Part shown: positions 60,584 through 64,000 of the stretch, one piece after another
How positions within the stretch are numbered: the first letter of the stretch is position 1
How the letters are laid out: each line of letters opens with the position of its first letter
NCBI GenBank assembly: GCA_965206645.1
Contig: CBDBKE010000003.1
Coordinates: 96,001 to 160,000 of the forward strand
Source: Terriglobia bacterium
GTDB taxonomy: Bacteria; Acidobacteriota; Terriglobia; JAJPHL01; JAPKYU01
Length of the DNA: 64,000 nt
Direction: 5' to 3'
Position numbers and translations under genes: made by a program
Notes under the pieces: model-generated
What the model saw: only the letters and a program-made list of their open reading frames with translations
What the model was told of the DNA's origin: nothing
Database searches by the model: none

Positions 60584-61252
60584 TCATACCGTCACGCTCT
60601 CCAGCGTCATGGGGTCCACGCTGATGTTTTCAAAGCGCACCTGCCCGGAGCCCCGGCTGGCGCCGGCGCCCAGCGCTCCAATCTCTTGAATCAGCCCCAA
60701 CCCTTTGCGGACAAACTCCAGCATCTTGACCGGCTCATCGCCGTCGTAGACGTGAATCAGGATTTCCATCTGGAACTCCGCGTCCCAAACGCGCTCCTGC
60801 CAGCGGGGATGATCGGCGGTCCCTCGGTCGCGATCCACCAGGTTCTCCGCCTTCTCCTCGACGAGCGAGCGGCCGGCAGCCTCCAGCTCGTGCAGCTTGC
60901 GGCCGGACTCGGCCGTCAGCGGTGCGTCGCGCACCAGGATGCGCGTGGGAGAGGTTTCGGCCTGAGGCCGCCTGTGGGCACCGAAGAGAAGGCACACCAG
61001 GCACTCCTTCTGGCCGCAATTGCAGGGGTCGCCGTTCCGACCCTTGCCTTCCACCTTCTCCAGCATGGCGCGCAGTCGGCCTTTGAGGGTGGAGCCGGGA
61101 ATGTAGGGCTCACCGTTAATGGGATTGCGGATGATGGTGAAGTCAGCCAAACCGCTCTCTTCCAGCCAGCCGGTGTGGCCTCCAATGCGCAACCCTCCAT
61201 TGGGGACGCGGATCAGCCCGCGCAGGCGCAGGCAGCCAACCAGTTTCTTCAT
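60584..61252 (-). CDS. csm3: Type III-A RAMP Csm3 (Cas7 group)
   Basis: GLRIGG...D..IIRNP..GEPYIPGSTLKGRLR, CNCG..ECLVCLLFG, PTRILVRDA, EKAENLVDR, PR.QERV, LGAGASRGSGQV. Confidence 0.93.
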   Translation of the reverse strand: MKKLVGCLRLRGLIRVPNGGLRIGGHTGWLEESGLADFTIIRNPINGEPYIPGSTLKGRLRAMLEKVEGKGRNGDPCNCGQKECLVCLLFGAHRRPQAETSPTRILVRDAPLTAESGRKLHELEAAGRSLVEEKAENLVDRDRGTADHPRWQERVWDAEFQMEILIHVYDGDEPVKMLEFVRKGLGLIQEIGALGAGASRGSGQVRFENISVDPMTLESVTV

Positions 61253-62040
61253 CGGCGCTCCTTTCTCTGATGCAGCAAGCCCCCGGCGTAGGCCACTACG
61301 GCCTGGAAGTGCTGGGCGAAGGCGAGCAGGGTCTTTTCGTCGGTGACTCGGTCCACGTTGGCCGCCAGGAACTGGCGGAACAACTCAGGGATCTTGCGGC
61401 GCGCCGCGCGTTCAGCGGCGAACGGCTTCAACTTCTGAATCTCGTTCAACACCAGCTCGATCGGCTGGCCGCCGAACCTGCAAGAGGCAACCGCGCGTTT
61501 GACGTGGTTGTGGAAGACGCGCAGCTGGTGCGCCGTAGAGTCCGTCGGAGGCCAGGCGACCCCCTGGGCAATCTGCTCGGCCCAGTGGGTGATCAATTCC
61601 GAACGCAGCGAGCCTGCCGGCGTGAAGTACCCGCCTTCCAGGTAACCGGCCGGCAGGCCGTGAACCATCACCGGAGCAATCCCGCGACCGGGCCCACGTT
61701 CGCGGCCCCGGGCCCCGGGCGGCCGGTCGCGGCGGGGCGGCCGCGCTCGCTCGGGCACTGCGCGGTGCTCGGCCGTCTCCAGAGCAGCTGCTGCGGTCTC
61801 GGCCGGTTTCTCGCCGACCGGTTTTGCGGAGCTTGGCTTCTCGGCGACTTCCCCTGCTTTGGTCGCCGCTTCGGCGGTGCGCTCGGTGCGCACCTCGGCA
61901 ATGCATTCGGCGCAGAGCTTGTGTTGTGGCCGCGCCGGGCGGAACATCTTGCCGCAGCGAGCGCAGGCTTTTTCCGCCGGCGGCTCTGGCGGTTCGGACT
62001 TCACGCCCGCCTTACGAAGGGCATCTTCCATACTCCCCAT
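61249..62040 (-). CDS. csm2: Type III-A small subunit Csm2 with N-terminal zinc finger and low-complexity linker
   Basis: C-terminal AHQLRVFHNHVK...KLKPFAA...FRQFL...FAQHFQAVVAY; N-terminal CARC...CAEC. Confidence 0.85.
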   Translation of the reverse strand: MGSMEDALRKAGVKSEPPEPPAEKACARCGKMFRPARPQHKLCAECIAEVRTERTAEAATKAGEVAEKPSSAKPVGEKPAETAAAALETAEHRAVPERARPPRRDRPPGARGRERGPGRGIAPVMVHGLPAGYLEGGYFTPAGSLRSELITHWAEQIAQGVAWPPTDSTAHQLRVFHNHVKRAVASCRFGGQPIELVLNEIQKLKPFAAERAARRKIPELFRQFLAANVDRVTDEKTLLAFAQHFQAVVAYAGGLLHQRKERR

Positions 62041-62055
62041 AATCGTAATCCAAGA

Positions 62056-63651
62056 TCAAGTGGCGGCGTCCAAGGATGCGTACTCCACTAGAAATTCTAT
62101 CCACGTCCGGTCGGAATTTTCATCATCCTTTAGCAGGCGTCCAGCCCAGGCCCGCGCTGGACGGTGCTTCAGGCGGGGGTCCCGGACCGCCGCGGCCAGC
62201 AGCGGGCGCCCGCGAGCTTCCCCTCTTCGGCTGGAGACGCAGCCTTCGGCCAGGCGGCGCAGCCAGGCCCGGGTGACGGCCCGCCGCTGAAGCCAATCGG
62301 CCAGCGCTTTTGCGGTTTTGAGCAACGAGGCCACCCGCCCCCACTCAATCGAGGTTCCGAAGGCGTACAGACGGTTCCCGCCCGCGTCCTTGGCTTGCCG
62401 CATGGCTTCGGTGGCCAGCTCGACGCCGGCGCGCAGGGTCGCGTGGGGCGGCAACAAGCTCAAGCCGGCCGAGAACGTTAATCCGTCGCCCACGAGTGCC
62501 TGGAAATCCTGCTCGAGACGCAGCGCAAGCTCGAGCGTGTCCTTCCAGGGTCCGATCAGCAGCAGGTCATCGCCGCCGCCAAAGACCGGGAAGACCAGTG
62601 GGAAGTCGCTTTGCAGCAGGTGGTGGAGATGTTCGCCAAAGAAGCCATCCAGCAGTCGACTGAGCGCCACACTCCGCTCCGGATCCCCTACCAGGGCGGC
62701 GAACGCCAGGGCAGCACGGTCCGCGTCAGCGCAAAGATAACCCAGCACCTTCTTGCTGCCCCCGGCCGGAGGAGCCAATTCCTCAAGCCTGGCCGGATGC
62801 CCGTTTCGTGCGGGCAGGCGGCGCAACAGCGGCCAGGATTCACTATCGAGGCGCAATTGAGCTGCAAACGCATCTGCCGGGGGCGAAAACTTCAGACCCA
62901 AGCCTGGGCCGGGCAGGTCGGCTTCCGGCTCCGGGCAAAACCAGGAGCTTTCGATGTCAGGCAGGCGAGCGGCGAGCTCCTGGTCGGCGGCGCAGTCCTT
63001 ACATAAAGTTTCCTCATCCCGAACCTGCACAGAAGTCACGGTGGCGCAGCCGGAACACAGCCCGGTGTCTGCGCCGGCAGGGTCAACAAAGGCCCGCCCG
63101 TTCCAACGCAAACCGATGCGCAGGGCCCCTTCCAGCGGTTGCCGGCGGCGTTGCCTAAGGCGCTCTGCCAATTGGTCCCAAGGCAACCGGTCGCCTTCGC
63201 AGATCGCGCCAGCCAAATAAAGTTCGAGTTCGCCTGCGGGGACCCACTGTTGGAACAACCAAATGTCAAATTCGCGCTGGAGCGATTGAAGGGTCTCTTC
63301 CCATCCTGCCTTGGCGGGCCCCACCAACAAGAATCTGCTCGCGGCACGAAGTAGGCAAACCAGACCCAAGCGCTCGGTCAAGCGCCGCGCCAAAAGCTCG
63401 CCGAGCACTGCCGTGCGGAACGAGCGCGCGCGAAGCCGTTGGGCGGCGGCTCCCGTCGCCGGAATCGGCCGGATGACATACCGCTGAACGCCGCTCAACA
63501 TTCCCTCGACCACCAGGTTGCCGGCGCGGACCTCCGCAATCGGGGCCACCTCCGCGGGCAGCGAGCTTTCTCCGCGCCAAATGGCAGCGAACTTAGGCAA
63601 GCCTCGCTGGACTTCCCCTTCTGCCGTCGCCTGCTCGAGTTCCGGTTCCAT
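62056..63651 (-). CDS. cas10: Short Cas10/Csm1 lacking the HD domain
   Basis: LSGVQRYV...LRARSF (Palm1), CSGC...CKDC, LGYLCADAD, ALSRLLDGFF, GGGDDLLLIGPW, LTFSAG (Palm2); only 531 aa. Confidence 0.88.
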   Translation of the reverse strand: MEPELEQATAEGEVQRGLPKFAAIWRGESSLPAEVAPIAEVRAGNLVVEGMLSGVQRYVIRPIPATGAAAQRLRARSFRTAVLGELLARRLTERLGLVCLLRAASRFLLVGPAKAGWEETLQSLQREFDIWLFQQWVPAGELELYLAGAICEGDRLPWDQLAERLRQRRRQPLEGALRIGLRWNGRAFVDPAGADTGLCSGCATVTSVQVRDEETLCKDCAADQELAARLPDIESSWFCPEPEADLPGPGLGLKFSPPADAFAAQLRLDSESWPLLRRLPARNGHPARLEELAPPAGGSKKVLGYLCADADRAALAFAALVGDPERSVALSRLLDGFFGEHLHHLLQSDFPLVFPVFGGGDDLLLIGPWKDTLELALRLEQDFQALVGDGLTFSAGLSLLPPHATLRAGVELATEAMRQAKDAGGNRLYAFGTSIEWGRVASLLKTAKALADWLQRRAVTRAWLRRLAEGCVSSRRGEARGRPLLAAAVRDPRLKHRPARAWAGRLLKDDENSDRTWIEFLVEYASLDAAT

Positions 63652-63959
63652 CTTCCAGGGGGACGATGCGTGTCACGACAGTTGAACACGACAGGTGAAA
63701 AAGCACTAAGAGCGGCAGTCTATCCGAGAGACCGGGCTTTGCAAGCCAATTATAATCGTGCCCGAGGAGCCATCTCATGGATGCATCTCGTCTAACAGGG
63801 TCGGGTGCCTGTAAGCCTTCACTGCTTGACTCCTGCACAAGAACAGACGCACAATCCCCGCCAGATGGCCTGCTAGAAGCTGGATTCTCGCCTTTCGCAA
63901 TTTTGCCTGTGAGATCCCGCGATGCTAGTCCCTGAATCCTAAAAGCTAGGGAAGCGAGA

Positions 63960-64000
63960 ATGCGGCGTAAACCTGTCGTGATGCGTAAGGCTAAGATCGT
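63960..64000 (+). CDS. Start of a divergent gene, possibly pyruvate kinase
   Basis: MRRKPVVMRKAKIV; MRKAKIV resembles pyruvate kinase N-termini, but only about 7 informative residues are visible. Confidence 0.35.
   Translation, partial: MRRKPVVMRKAKI

Noticed and set aside
63683-63708. CACGACAG(T/G)TGAA x2 upstream of cas10 as a degenerate CRISPR repeat
   Set aside because: Only 13 bp, adjacent copies, no spacer; at most an operator.
63593-63838. ORF containing LLGHDY as a detached Cas10 HD domain
   Set aside because: No other HD-domain features, too short, and the HDY codons coincide with the TATAAT promoter-like box.

Overview
GC-rich bacterial DNA; the gene content (VWA, FecR-like, TonB-C, hopanoid hpnCDE, conserved small proteins) suggests Acidobacteria (inferred). 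1-38.3 kb is mostly chromosomal backbone: an IS3 interrupting a TPR-TonB gene, LysR, ispH, two Zn-dehydrogenases, hpnCDE, a Fur-family regulator, FBP aldolase/phosphatase, PpiD, an M23 peptidase, TsaC, a satellite microcompartment pair (BMC-H + acylating aldehyde dehydrogenase), an iolD-containing catabolic cluster, and a DsrE-like gene with an in-frame UGA (probable selenoprotein). About 39.1-58.2 kb is a decayed, IS-dense island ending at the 3' end of tRNA-Thr(CGT). It carries an AbiEii-WYL-zinc finger fusion, a truncated HEPN-like gene, two HigBA pairs, a Fic remnant, RecQ, an ABC-F, two MITEs and an IS1111 end with its non-coding RNA region. 58.3-63.7 kb holds a reduced type III-A Csm module: HD-less Cas10, Csm2 with a zinc-finger extension, Csm3 and Csm4. 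No Csm5, Cas6, ancillary effector or CRISPR array is visible in the window, and a secreted ankyrin/DUF2059/pilin-like chimera sits between csm3 and csm4. Several genes have single-base indels in short homopolymers, which may be sequencing errors. All family calls are by motif recognition, not database search.
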